From the NCBI GenBank assembly GCA_002269645.1, contig NIVC01003154.1:1-64000 (forward strand): DNA of 64,000 bases. The letters run 5' to 3'. Both the position numbers and the translations under genes were made by a program. The notes below the pieces were generated by a model. That model did not search any database, was not told the origin of the DNA, and worked only from the letters and a program-made list of their open reading frames with translations. Below, piece after piece: positions 12,296-25,600 of the stretch; the first letter of the stretch is position 1; the number at the start of each line of letters is the position of its first letter. This DNA comes from Macrostomum lignano (Eukaryota).

Positions 12296-14914
12296 AACAC
12301 CGTGCATTGATTTTTGGACCCTCGCGGGCGTGAATCCAACGTTTTAAGTTAATTTTCCCGAACACTGAATCGAATCCAGTGTTGAATCTAGTGTCCATCA
12401 AGAGTATTTGCCATTCACCTCCATCTGGTTGATCGTCTTAAGATAAGAACATTCAGATATAGGAGGTAGACAATATTTGAATATTGAGAATTACTGATGA
12501 GAAAATGCGCGAGAGAAAAAGGGGAATCGTTGACTGAGGATCCTAATTATTTTGGGATTTTTGTCAGTATCTGATGACGATTCTTATACTCGTAGTCCGT
12601 AGTTCAATAATATTTATTTGCGACAAAAACAACTTTTCAAAATGCGTAACTTACCAAACTGTTGCCTAACGTGAAGAGTAGCATGTGACCAACAAATATT
12701 TTTGTAGAGGCAAGGATTAGCCGATCGTCGGTCCTGGTTACCAAGGTGGAGTTTTTATACACACTCTTGGGCACCGCCCACACTGCTGTCCTGATGGATT
12801 TCTCTTGACTTGACAGGCAATGAGCGGATGAGGGATTAGCTTGATCAATCTATGAGAAAAGCAAAGCGATCAAGGCTGAGGGGTGCTGGTGGCGTAGAAG
12901 CAGTTTAATCTCAGTAGAGCCAAGAGTGACGCTTAGCCGAGCGGTTCTTTCCAAATATGTCGCGCTCCTTTGGTCAAGAGATCCTCGCCCATGCAGAGGA
13001 GTGGCCACTTATATGCCCTCGCAGCCGGACAAGAAGTCACGGCGAGAAATAGTAACAGCGCCAAGTGGCGGGCGGTCGACACCTTTGCGGTTGCCGAGGC
13101 TGGGCGAGGCGGAGGAGGCCGGGAGGATGCGCAGAAAAAAGCAAAATAATCAACCGATGCTCTACACCAAAGCCAGCGCCTCCGACAGATAGAGGAACAA
13201 AAAAATTAGTTTAAAGAAGAAGGCAGGACGCGCCCAATTATCCCGGATGGGGAGGCGGCTCTGGAGAGCGAGAGAGGAAGGGGAAAACCAAGGGGAGCTG
13301 AGGAATTTAGGTAGGAACCGCTGGAATAACGGCAGGAGGGGTCGGGAGACGAGCTGCATTGGCTGTGGGGTCCGAGCCGTGGTGGGATGGGGTTTGGAAT
13401 CGAAGATCAAGGGCATCGATGCATCAACTGGGACGCCACAAGCGGCGCGTCTTGGCGAGGTCCCCATCGCAAATATCCCACTCTCCCATACAGGCGATCG
13501 TTTTCAGCCGAGCAGAAAGCGAAAGAGTGAGAGTGAGAGAGAGAAAGAGAGAGAGAGAAAGCAAATGTTAGCACAAGTCGTGTAAGTGGCAAGGGGGCGT
13601 GCACTGGAGTGTTTCGCCTTGTTAACACACGTTTTTTCGTATCATCTCTCCCTTCGCTCACTTCATCCTTTTCCTTTCCATAACCGTCTCTTTCAACTTA
13701 CTTTGGCTTAGGGTGCTGGCAGAATCAGGAAAAACTTTCACCGCGCATTCTATAGGCGATAGTTTTCTCTTCTGTCCAGCACAAAGGAAATGACCGGAGC
13801 CCTTGTTGATTGCAGGCGGGAGAGCCCGCGGCGGACCGTGACTGGAATCGGGGGCCGTTTTTCTGCCCAACTGCCCCCCTCTCCTCCTCCTCGCGGCATT
13901 TCTTGGGGCAACCCGCCAGACAGACTGACGGCAGGTTTGCGCAGCGCGAGCGAACCGGAGAAGGGAAACGCAGCAGAGAGGCTAAGATGAGAGAAAATTC
14001 GAGACTTGTTCGGGGCACGGGACTGGCCTGATGCGTGCGGCCCAGATGCAACCGGCCAGCATGATCCGCGGACTGATAACGGAGCCAATTATTTTTCTGG
14101 GCACAACATTGAAGCAGGCGCCTGCAGTAAAAGGCAAACAGTTTGCTTTGCAGTTTACGTCAGCTAATTTTTCACTTTTGGTATAAATCACAGAGTGCTA
14201 GTTGAGAGCAGCTCCGTTCGTACAAGCTGTAGGATTGTTAAAATTTGCACGTCCAAAATTTCTACATTCCAAAACAGTTTTCAGTCTCAACAAAGTCAAA
14301 ATTTGAAGGATAAACTGGCCGGTACTTTTTGACTGCAAACTTTGATCAACTTTGGTTGGATTTTTGTCGTAAAATCCGACACCAGCAGAGCATTGTAAAA
14401 CACGGGCAGACAGAAAATTAAACCTAACACATCTTTCCAGGAGAGTGTAGGAAGCGACGGGTAGCCGCGCAGAATGTCGGGCAAAGAACTGCCGACAAGT
14501 TTTTCCCTGATTTCTTCTTGCATTTTAATTTAGAACACGAGCTATCATATTGTTATGGTCGCACAACCGGTTCAAGTCTGCAAGACCCTTACTTGGCCTT
14601 CATTTTCCGCCCGATGGGGGTGCAACACCTTTATTAAATGGTTTCCTCTCATTTTCCTAGTCGAGAACATCCAACTAGCGAAACAATCGAGGCAAATACA
14701 GACACTTTGCTGCTCTTTGAAAATGCGGTAACTTTAGCCTAATGGCGATCAGTGATAATCTAAGTCACTGATCTAATCTACCAAAGTACGCGCCCTTTTG
14801 CTGCGGCTGCTAGATGCCACTCATGCCAAGAAACAAAACAGAAGCTCGACGAATGATAGGGGCTCCACTTCAGCCACCTCTTGGCATCTACACATGCACA
14901 TACAAACCTACCAA

Positions 14915-15480
14915 GAGGGGCGTCCACCGAGAGACAGTGGCATCCAAAAAGAGACAGTGGTGTTCACCAAGAGACAGTGGCGTCAACCAAGAGACAGTGG
15001 CGTCCACAGAGATAGTGGCGTCCACCAAGAAACAGTGGTGTCCACGAAGAGACAGTGGCGTCTACGAAGAGACAGTGACGTCAACCAAGAGACAGTGGCG
15101 TCAACCAAGAGACAGTGGCGTCAACCAAGAGACAGTTGCGTCCACAAAGAGACAGTGGCGTCAACCAAGAGACAGTGGCGTCCACAAAGAGACAGTGGCG
15201 TCCACAAAGAGACAGTGGCGTCAACCAAGAGACAGTTGCGTCCACAAAGAGACAAGTGCGTCAACCAACTGACATTTGCGTCTACCAAGAGACGGGTGAC
15301 GTCCACCAAGAGACAGTGGCGTCAACCATGAGACAGTAGCGTCCACAAAGAGACAGTGGCGTTCACCAAAAGACCACTGGGGTTCACCAAGAGACAGTGA
15401 CGTCAACCAAGAGACAGTGGCGTCAACCAAGAGACAGTGACGTCAACCAAGAGACAGTCTTGCGTCCACCAAAGAGACAG
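14915..15480. repeat. 21-bp minisatellite (agagacagtggcgtcaaccaa)
   Basis: Direct inspection. Confidence 0.92.
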
Positions 15481-16650
15481 TTAATTGGTGCCCACCCAGA
15501 CATCAAGGCGCTCTTAAAGGAATGCGTCTCCTAAATAATAAATTCTATCGTACAAGACTGGTGCCAATAAAAGTACACGCATCTTTTTCCCTTAAATTGG
15601 TATTCAAGCAAGCAGATCTAAATGTTAGTTGATTGAACTATTGTATGAACTAGTACATGCAGTAGTTAGTATTTTTAGCATAAAAACGTACACTTAACAC
15701 TTGTATATGATGCTGCACAAAAATCTGCATATTTTAATGTTTATATTGCTCACAATATCGACTTTGACATGTATGTATGTGCTATAAAAATGTATGCATG
15801 TGATAGCTTGTTTAGTTATAAAAAGTAAATGATTCTTATTCCATGCATTCTTATTTAAATGGATTAGGTTTTGTCTTTTGTTCTGAATGCGACAGAAACT
15901 AACATACATAGGAAATTCCACATATTGCCCATCATGCATTATAATTCAGTTTTTCTACTGGTAGTAGCGAGAGAAGCGTATTGCGGAATGGAGAAATACA
16001 TGTAATACATGACTTATAGTGAGGATCATGTCGAATATGTTGCTCTTTGAATCTGCAATTACGCCGCTAGATTGCGCAAACATGCATAAAATAAATAAAA
16101 GCATTGCAACCGGGAATCTAGACGTGATCCTATTTTGTTTACTTCATGCTTAGACAGTGGGGCACAACTCTTGGGAAGTGTGGAAAGACTCGACATTTTC
16201 ATGTATTTTAGAAAAAATCTAACGGCCGAATTTCCAGTTAAAACACGCGAAATTCTAAAATTAAACAAAAAACAAAAAGTTGCAGAATTTTTTAATGAAA
16301 AGAGTTTATATTAGAATATTTTTCAAAATAAAATTAAGCGAGAATTCTTGTTTTATACAGAAAATTACTTTTAAAGTATGGTTGTACTCAAATGTAGCTT
16401 GTTTTTAAAAAAAAAGCCTTAGCTAGAGTTGAATTTGCACTTTGCAGGTTCGTGTCGTGTTTTTTACATTTTCCATGACAAGATTGTATTTTTACGAGAG
16501 TGACGCTACTTACTCTTGTCCTATCTCCTGACGCAGACGGTGGCGATTAAGTGATAACTTTATCAATCGGTACACACTACTTGACTTCAGTTTTTGTGAA
16601 ATTTTTTACATCAGAGGAACTCAATTTATATTTTGTGAGTATAAAGCACA

Positions 16651-19600
16651 ATGCCAGCAAGTAATTATCCTAAGCGCATCTGGGACGCAAAAACTCGCGC
16701 TAGACCAGGTGGGCTGAATAATAAAGACTACTAAAATGTATATTGATATATATATCCTTTGACCATTATACTATGCGTCCACAGAGCATTGGCATCACAG
16801 ATGCCACAGTGGCATCTACACTCGTCCACAGGCATATAATTTATAGGCCTATCCTTTTAGTAGGCCACAAAAATTATTTTATAGCTGTCAAAGTTTTAAT
16901 TTTAATAATAATATTGATAGATAATAACTTTGTACATATACATTCAATTTTGCAATTATATTAGTATCAGGTCCACTTTTTAAATTTAAATAAAATTTTT
17001 ATCTAGTTTGATGTCTTATTTTTAAATGCCTTATTAGAGTCTATATTGTTATTTAGTAGGCCTAAGTCTTGAGTAGACTTTTCTGCTTTCTAGATTTAGA
17101 GTTATGGTCCATATTGCGGAAGGTTTTCTGTGTATGCTGGACACATTTTCATTGAATTTTTAATTGTACGCCAACAAATTTTAAATGTATGCCAACTTTC
17201 TTCAATGCCAAATGTATGCCAAAAAATGACAAATATTTAAATTTAAATTTAAATGACAAAAAATGATAACAATTTAATAACATGACAATTGTCGTGACGA
17301 TTTCGGTAATTAAAATGATTAGTAAATCAGAAAATAGTAGCAGAAAAAATGGTTTTTGAAATAACTTAACACAAGAAAATGCACGAAAAAATTATCTATG
17401 TTAATTTGTATGCCAGTGTACACCACACTCCAGATCATGTAGTATACGCCCAAAAATTCAGGCATGCATTGGCCTTGCACGCCAAAGTTAGGCATGCACA
17501 GTTGGTGTGCATCACTCTTGAGAAAATAGTATGCGTGCACACCTGGCGTGCACTTTATAGAATCACGCGTAAGAGCTATTGTAAAGTAGAAAAAAGATGA
17601 AAAAAGTTCATTTTTAAGCGCAAATTTCAAGCTTTCCAGTTTTTTCCAGCTTGTAAAAGACTATTTACACAATTTTTGCATGTATAAACTTTTCGCTGTA
17701 AATAGTATCGCCAAAAAAGCTTTAAAAGCAACAAAATTATCTAGTATTAAGGGTCTATTATGCAATTTAAAAAAAAAGGAAAAAAAGGTCGCCTGATTGC
17801 AGCGCATGGGCATTTTGGCGGACGGCGTCCGGCGCGGATCAGCCTGCGCGGCGCAGCATTGGTGGTGGACCAGGGGTAAGTCGCAAAAATGCCACCCCAT
17901 AGAATACGAGCGTAGTACTAAGTAGATGCCGAGGCATTTAGGCTTGATAAGACAGTCATAGTTACTCCTGCCGTTTACCCATTAATTTTGCTTTAGGGTT
18001 TCTTTCACAGGTAAGTCATTTCACAGCGTGGCGCAGGTTGTGTAGGCGTCTGGCGTACTTAAGCCATGCGCTGCAATAGGGAAAGGTCGTTTATTGTCAC
18101 AACGTAAAAAAGGGTCTTTTATTATCGCAACATTGGCATATTTTTGAGAATGGGCATGCACTAATTTTTTTCAGCGTGCATTTGTAATTATTCAATTTTT
18201 GTTTGGGCGTGCACCCAGCATGATCCGGACTATGGAGTGTATGCCACAGAACTCAAGTGTACGCCAGAAAATTCTGGCGTATACCCCTCCTTCTGCTATA
18301 TGGGTTATGGTTAATGCTTATAGCTTATGAGATATATATAGGCCTATGGCATGTCTAGCCATCAGCATAGGCCCTAGGATTGAAAATAAATTTGTTTTAT
18401 TATAACAAATGCAATATGCAATAATTTTAAATAAAATCACAAGTTTTTTAACAAATAAAAGCTATACATATAAACCCTTTAGAGTTGTACAAGTTTGACA
18501 ATAATGTATGAAAATATATGCAAGTCACATATATTATGATTTGCATATATATACCTACATATTCTTGCATATATATAAAGCCATGTGCAAGTACCCACAG
18601 AATATGTCTAGGATTTTATACCAAAAATTCTATCCTGGCTTAATATTAAAAAAGTACCTTAAGATGAAATCCAAAAATGTGAAATAAAATGGTAAAAACA
18701 ATTTGCAAACATTCAATGGAAGGTAATGTATCTAAAAAAAACATTTTGAAAGACAGATAAGTCTTTATAAAATAGTTCTAGACTAGTCAGAAACTATTGT
18801 TTTCATGCTTTACATTGCTGAATAAATGAGTAAAAAACCACAAAACAGTATTTTAAAAATCCAAGTTGACCAATTCACAATTTTTGCTTCACTTTTTTTC
18901 ATTTATAAACAATTTATAGACTTGTAATCTTTTTTCACTACTTAATAAACAGAAAGTATTCTGTATTTTATTTTTTTATTAAAAAAATATTTAAAAATAT
19001 GAAAAAATAAAGAATTTCTAAGGATTTCCAAGTTTTTCTAAAATCATATTAACTTGCAAAAATTCATACTAATTTAAAGTGCAAATTTGCCAGCAAACAT
19101 TCTTTTTCTAACAATAAATATACAGCTAATTCATTGTTGCAAAAGAATTTTTAAGTTGTTTTCTTTCATTTAAATATCAACTTGTATCATACATGCGCAA
19201 CTGCTGGCCGAGCTAGCCGATCTGGCCACCGTAAATTGTGGTGGACCAGGGTAAGTCGCAAAATTGAGTTGACCAAAAACGAAAAAATGCAAGAGGAAAG
19301 AGCAATATAGGGAAGTAAAATGGTGAAGCAAAAGAAAAACAAGTTGCAGCAGAAGCAAATTAAGTTGCACAAATGATTAGGTAAGTCGCAAAAGGAGCAA
19401 CTAAGTTGCAAAAAGGATTCGGTCAAGTCGCAAAAAGGATTAGGGTAAGTTGCAAAAGGATTAGGTAAGTCGCAAAAGGATTAGGTAAGTCGCAAAAGGA
19501 GCAACTAAGTCGCAAAAAGGATTAGGTCAAGTCGCAAAAAGATTAGGTAAGTCGCAAAAAGGATTAGGTAAGTCGCAAAAGGATTAGGTAAGTCGCAAAA

Positions 19601-22600
19601 AGGATTAGGTAAGTTGCAAAAGGATTAGGTAAGTCGCAAAAGGAGCAACTAAGTCGCAAAAAGGATTAGGTCAAGTCGCAAAAAGGATTAGGTAAGTTGC
19701 AAAAGGGTTAGGTAAGTTGCAAAAAGGATTAGGTAAGTCACAAAAGGATTAGGTAAGTCGCAAAAGGAGCAACTAAGTCGCAAAAAGGATTAGGTCAAGT
19801 CGCAAAAGGATTAGGTAAGTCGCAAAAAGGATTAGGTAAGTCACAAAAGGATTAGGTAAGTCACAAAAAGGATTAGGTAAGTCGCAAAAGGGTTAGGTAA
19901 GTTGCAAAAGGAGCAACTAAGTCGCAATAAGAGGGAAGTAAGTCGCAATCAGAGGCAATCAAGGGGTAGTAGGTGCAAGTGTGGCAGGAGAGCAAAAAAA
20001 CAGAATAGAAGCCTTCAACCACAGACAAGATCTTTGAAATCAGCAGCCTGTGTCAACAGTTTCCCATTGATTTCTTTAACTCCGGAGCAGGGGTCGGCAA
20101 AGTCCAGCTCGCGAAGCCCCTCTATCTGGCCCTCGCCCCTCGGGTTCTTTGAAACTTTCTAACTAGCAAGGTTGGTGTCTCTTCAACTCTCATCTCTCTC
20201 TTCTTCTCTACCTTGCCTCCCCTCTTCTCTCTCTCCCCCTTTTCCCTCTTCTCTCTCCTTTCATTTTTACTCTCCTCTCTTCTCCCCTCTCCTTTCTCCC
20301 CTTTTCTCTCTACCCTTTCTCCTCAATGCCCTCTTCTCTCCTCTTATCTTCAGCAAAAATGTGTGCATATTTTCTTACTTCAAAGTAGAGGGAATAGAAG
20401 ATTGGAGATAAGCAAACAGAGGAGAGGCAAGCGATGCAATGGGAGAAAAGATAGAAGATGAGAGAAAAGCTGAGGGAGGAGAGAGATGAGAGAGATGAGA
20501 GGAAAGAGGAAAGATATGATGATGGATGAGATCAGAAGAGAGGAAAGAGGAAAGAGGAGAGAAGAAAGGAGATAAGAGAGTAGACGAGAGAAGAGAGGAT
20601 AAGGAGGAGATAAGAGGAGAGTGAAGAGAGGAGAGATAAGAGAGTAGAGAAGAGAGGAGAGATGAGATGAGAGAGTGAAGTGGAGAGAGACGAGAGGAGA
20701 GATAAGAATGTAGACAGGAGACAGAAGAGATAAGAGAGGAGGAAAGAGAGGAGAGAGGAGAGGAAAGAGAGAAGGGATGAGGGATGAGAGAGAAAAGAAA
20801 AAGAGGATGAGAAGATTGAGGAAAGGAGAGAATTTGCAAAGGCCTCAAATCTTAATTTAACATGCATTTACTCCCATCCTTATTTGCCTTTTTCCTAACT
20901 GTTAACAAGTTTTTGTTTGAGCATGACTTCAAATTTAAGAATCTATGCAAAATAGTTCTGGGAATTGGAATTCAGTGGTTTCAAAATCTGTGGGTTTTCA
21001 CAGCTTGTATCTCTACTGGATTTGTATTCTGCATCTGATGAGCCATCTGAATCAGGGCTCTCATCTTCCATGCCAAATCGTCTAGCAAGTGAAATTATTC
21101 TTGAGCTATAGGCCACACTGTATTCACTTCACTTACTTCTAGACATTCATGAATCATGACTTTTGTCATTACATGTCTTTACTCATTGTCATCATTACTA
21201 ATTGCCTCAGGCCGCCACTACCGTAATGATATACTGATTAGCTGTAATAAAAACCGCGAAATCTGCACTAATTAACTTATTTTATAGCTTTATTGTTTTC
21301 AAATCACCAAAAACAAAATTTAAAAAATGTGCCTCCATTTTTTTTTTGGATTTTTGCCTTATATAAAATAAGAAAAAAATGAAATTTTACAAAGATGTTA
21401 TAAAATATTATTGAATACCACTTAGGAAAATTACTAATATACTAGAAATTTCTAGCACACTAATTGATAGTTTAGCCATTTTGGCATACCAATTTGAATA
21501 CCATTTAAGTTTAAAATAATTTTTTTGGCTTTTAATCACTAGAAACTCTAATTATATATCAATATTTTTAAAAAGGACATTCTTTGTGAGAAGGTTTTCT
21601 TAGTAAACTTATTCTTAAAGTCAATTGATAACAAAAGAGAAATATTGGCATAGGCCCTTCCATTATGAAACATGATTATACTTTTTGTAATATACCATAT
21701 TGTACCATCAGGACTATGGACTAAATATTTGATATCATTTGATATCATTTTTGTATCTCTATTATTGCATTTAATTTAAAGCAAAGCCAATAAGTATTAC
21801 ATTAATATTATAAAATTTAGTTTTGGGCATTTATTCAACCATTGTATAAAAAAACCTATAAAAAGTTGCTCATAAAATTCAAAGTGCCAAAAGTGTATAT
21901 TTTGGAGTAAAAAACTTGTGCAAAAATTTTGTGCCCAACTTTTTGCTCCAGAATTGTCATGCAAAGATTCTATCCTAGGTATTAAGTACAATAAATAGTG
22001 TTTAAGGTTAAAGATTAAGAGAAACCTATCAAATGTTTTTGACTTGCTTAACTGATTAGAAACATAGACAATTGGAAATATTGTCATTGTCTGAGACAAA
22101 AAACTAAACCATTTGATTTTGCTTTAAACCTAAGCCTAAACTTGGAATTATAAGGGTTTAGAATTATTAGGATAAAATTTTGTTTTATTGTTATGAATTT
22201 CATATTATTCTATATGTATATATTGTCTATTATTGTCTATTAGGCAAACTTACAAGGGATAATAGTATTAATAGCAAAATATATCCTTATTATAATGATT
22301 GTTCTTATAAATGACAGCTAGACAATACATAGTATTCTTAAAAAAAGTCATACCAGTAGATGCTAATACACTTTGGTTATTTGTCAAATAGTTGTAAAAT
22401 TCTAATAAGTAATTTTAAAAAAAATGAATCTAGATTGATAAACTATATATTTAACAATGACCAATATCTATTCAGTGTATAAATATATAAAAAATTTAAT
22501 AGTCTTTTTGGTATATAATTTTCTTTATGTTGGTTGCTTTTTTATTAGATTATTAGTCCTAAAGTTCTGGACTAAAATTTTGTACTATTGTCTATATTGT

Positions 22601-25600
22601 TTTCAGTAATTTATCAATATTGTTTGTCCTTGATTTATGATTTTTTGTTTCACTACCAAAATAAATAGTCATAACTATTAGTACAGCATTTAAAATACTA
22701 TAAATTTTATACATCAGTGTGAAAAGGTATTTATCTCCAAGAACTGGTTTCCAGTGTTTGGTTTTGATCATGATTTTATATTTTAAACCCTACCCTTACT
22801 CACTGCTTGAACAGAGCTCTACAAAGACGGCAATAACTACTGGGAGGCATACAACTATAAAGCATCACTTGATGTCAGCCACACCTCAGTGAAAGACAAT
22901 GTCGAACGAATCGATTCACGAAAAATCTCGTTGGAACAATTTCGAGAACGATTTGAACGACCATATAAGCCTGTGGTTATCACTCACGATACAGACAATT
23001 GGCAGGTAGGAATTCATGCTTATTTGGCTTGTGTTATGCTGATGAGTGAGTCATTGCGTGGTCAATGATCAACCAGTGTGACTAGGAATAGAGTATGATT
23101 GACTGCAATGACTGGGGGAGGTAATCAATGACCAACTGAAATGACTGAGGGGAATCAATGACTAACAGAAATGACTGAGGGGAATCAATGACCAACAAAA
23201 ATGACTGGAAAGTGGAATCAATGACCAACAGAAATGACTGAGGGGAGTCAATGACCAACAGAAATGACTGAGGGGAATCAATGACCAACAAGAATGACTG
23301 GAAAGTGGAATCAATGACCAACAGAAATGACTGAGGGGAGTCAATGACCAACAGAAATGACTGAGGGGAATCAATGACCAACTGCAATGACTAGGCGAGA
23401 GAAATCAATGGCCGACTGCAATGACTAGGCGAGGGGAATCAATGGCCGACTGCAATGACTAGGCGAGGGGAATCAATGGCCGACTGCAATGACTAGGCGA
23501 GGGGAATCAATGACCAACTGCAATGACAGAGAGGGGGAATCAATGACCGACTGCAATGACTGGGCGAGGGGAATCAATGGCCGACTGCAATGACTAGGCG
23601 AGGGGAATCAATGGCCGACTGCAATGAATAGGCGAGGGGAATCAATGGCCGACTGCAATGACTAGGCGAGGGGAATCAATGGCCGACTGCAATGACTAGG
23701 CGAGGGGAATCAATGACCGACTGCAATGACTAGGCGAGGGGAATCAATGGCCGACTGCAATGACTAGGCGAGGGGAATCAATGACCGACTGCAATGACTA
23801 GGCGAGGGGAATCAATGACCGACTGCAATGACTAGGCGAGGGGAATCAATGACCTACTACAATGACAGAGAGGGGGAATCATTGACCAACTGCAATGACT
23901 AGGCGAGGGGAATCAATGACCGACTGCAATGACTAGGCGAGGGGAATCAATGACCTACTACAATGACAGAGAGGGGGAATCATTGACCAACTGCAATGAC
24001 TAGGCGAGGGGAGTCAATGACCGACTGCAATGACTAGGCGAGGGGAATCAATGACCGACTGCAATGACTAGGCGAGGGGAATCAATGACCGACTGCAATG
24101 ACTAGGCGAGGGGAATCAATGACCTACTACAATGACAGAGAGGGGGAATCATTGACCAACTGCAATGACTAGGCGAGGGGAGTCAATGGCCGACTGCAAT
24201 GACTAGGCGAGAGGAATCAATGACAGAGAGGGGGAATCAATGGCCGACTGCAATGACTAGAGAGGGGAATCAATGACCAACTACAATGACAGAGAGGGGG
24301 AATCAATGACCGACTGCAATGACTGGGCGAGGGGAATCAATGACCAACTGCAATGACAGAGAGGGGGAATCAATGACCGACTGCAATGACTAGGCGAGGG
24401 GAATCAATGACCAACTGCAATGACTAGGCGAGGGGAATCAATGACCAACTACAATGACAGAGAGGGGAATCAATGACCAACTGCAATGACTAGGCGAGGG
24501 GAATCAATGACCAACTACAATGACAGAGAGGGGGAATCAATGGCCGACTGCAATGACTAGGCGAGGGGAATCAATGACCAACTACAATGACAGAGAGGGG
24601 GAATCAATGACCGACTGCAATGACTAGGCGAGGGGAATCAATGACCGACTGCAATGACTGGGAGAGGGGAATCAATGACCAACTACAATGACAGAGAGGG
24701 GGAATCAATGACCGACTGCAATGACTGGGAGAGGGGAATCAATGACCAACTGCAATGACTGGGAGAGAGGAATCAATGACCGACTGCAATGACTGGGAGA
24801 GAGGAATCAATGACAAACTGCAGTGACAAGGGATAGATGAATAGCTTATCGTGAGAAGTTTATATAATTATAAGAGACTAAAAATAAAACCCCATCACTG
24901 TCTCAGGCCTGCCGCAAGTGGACGGTGCCCAGGCTGAACAAAAAGTATCGAAATCAGCGCTTCAAATGCGGCGAAGACGACGACGGCTATTCGGTGCGCA
25001 TCAAGATGAAGTACTTCACGCAGTACATGCGCGCGAATAGCGACGACAGTCCGCTGTACATCTTTGACGGAAATTTTGGCGAGCATAGGAAGAAGCGCAA
25101 GTTGCTGGAGGATTACCGGGTACGGACCTGAGCGTGCTTGAATTGCACCTAAGTTATGCAGCCATCATCATGAGATAATCACTCCAATTAGCCATCATCA
25201 TGAGATAATCACTCCAATTAGCCATCATCATGAGATAATCACTCCAATTAGCCATCATCATGAGATAATCACTCCAATTAGCCATCATCATGAGATAATC
25301 ACTCCAATTAGCCATCATCATGAGATAATCACTCCAATTAGCCATCATCATGAGATAATCACTCCAATCATCAGATAATTACTCCAATTAGCCAGCATTA
25401 TCAGATAATCACTCCAATTAGCCAGCATTATCAGATAATCACTCCAATTAGCGAGCATTATCAGATAATCACCCCAATTAGCCATCATCATAAGATAATC
25501 ACTCCAATCATCAGATAATCACTCCAATCATCAGATAATCACTCCAATTAGCCAGCATTATCAGATAACCACTCCAATTAGCCAGCATTATCAGATAATC

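Noticed and set aside
12926-14191. Cluster of 70-110-aa ORFs upstream of the BMP gene
   Set aside because: They overlap in many frames in GC- and GA-rich DNA, typical of non-coding regulatory sequence.
14530-15540. Possible small plus-strand exons (e.g. 14661-14727 and LIGAHPDIKALLKECVS* before AATAAA at about 15540)
   Set aside because: No consistent phase chain, start codon or recognisable protein could be built. It is worth an RNA-seq look but is unsupported.
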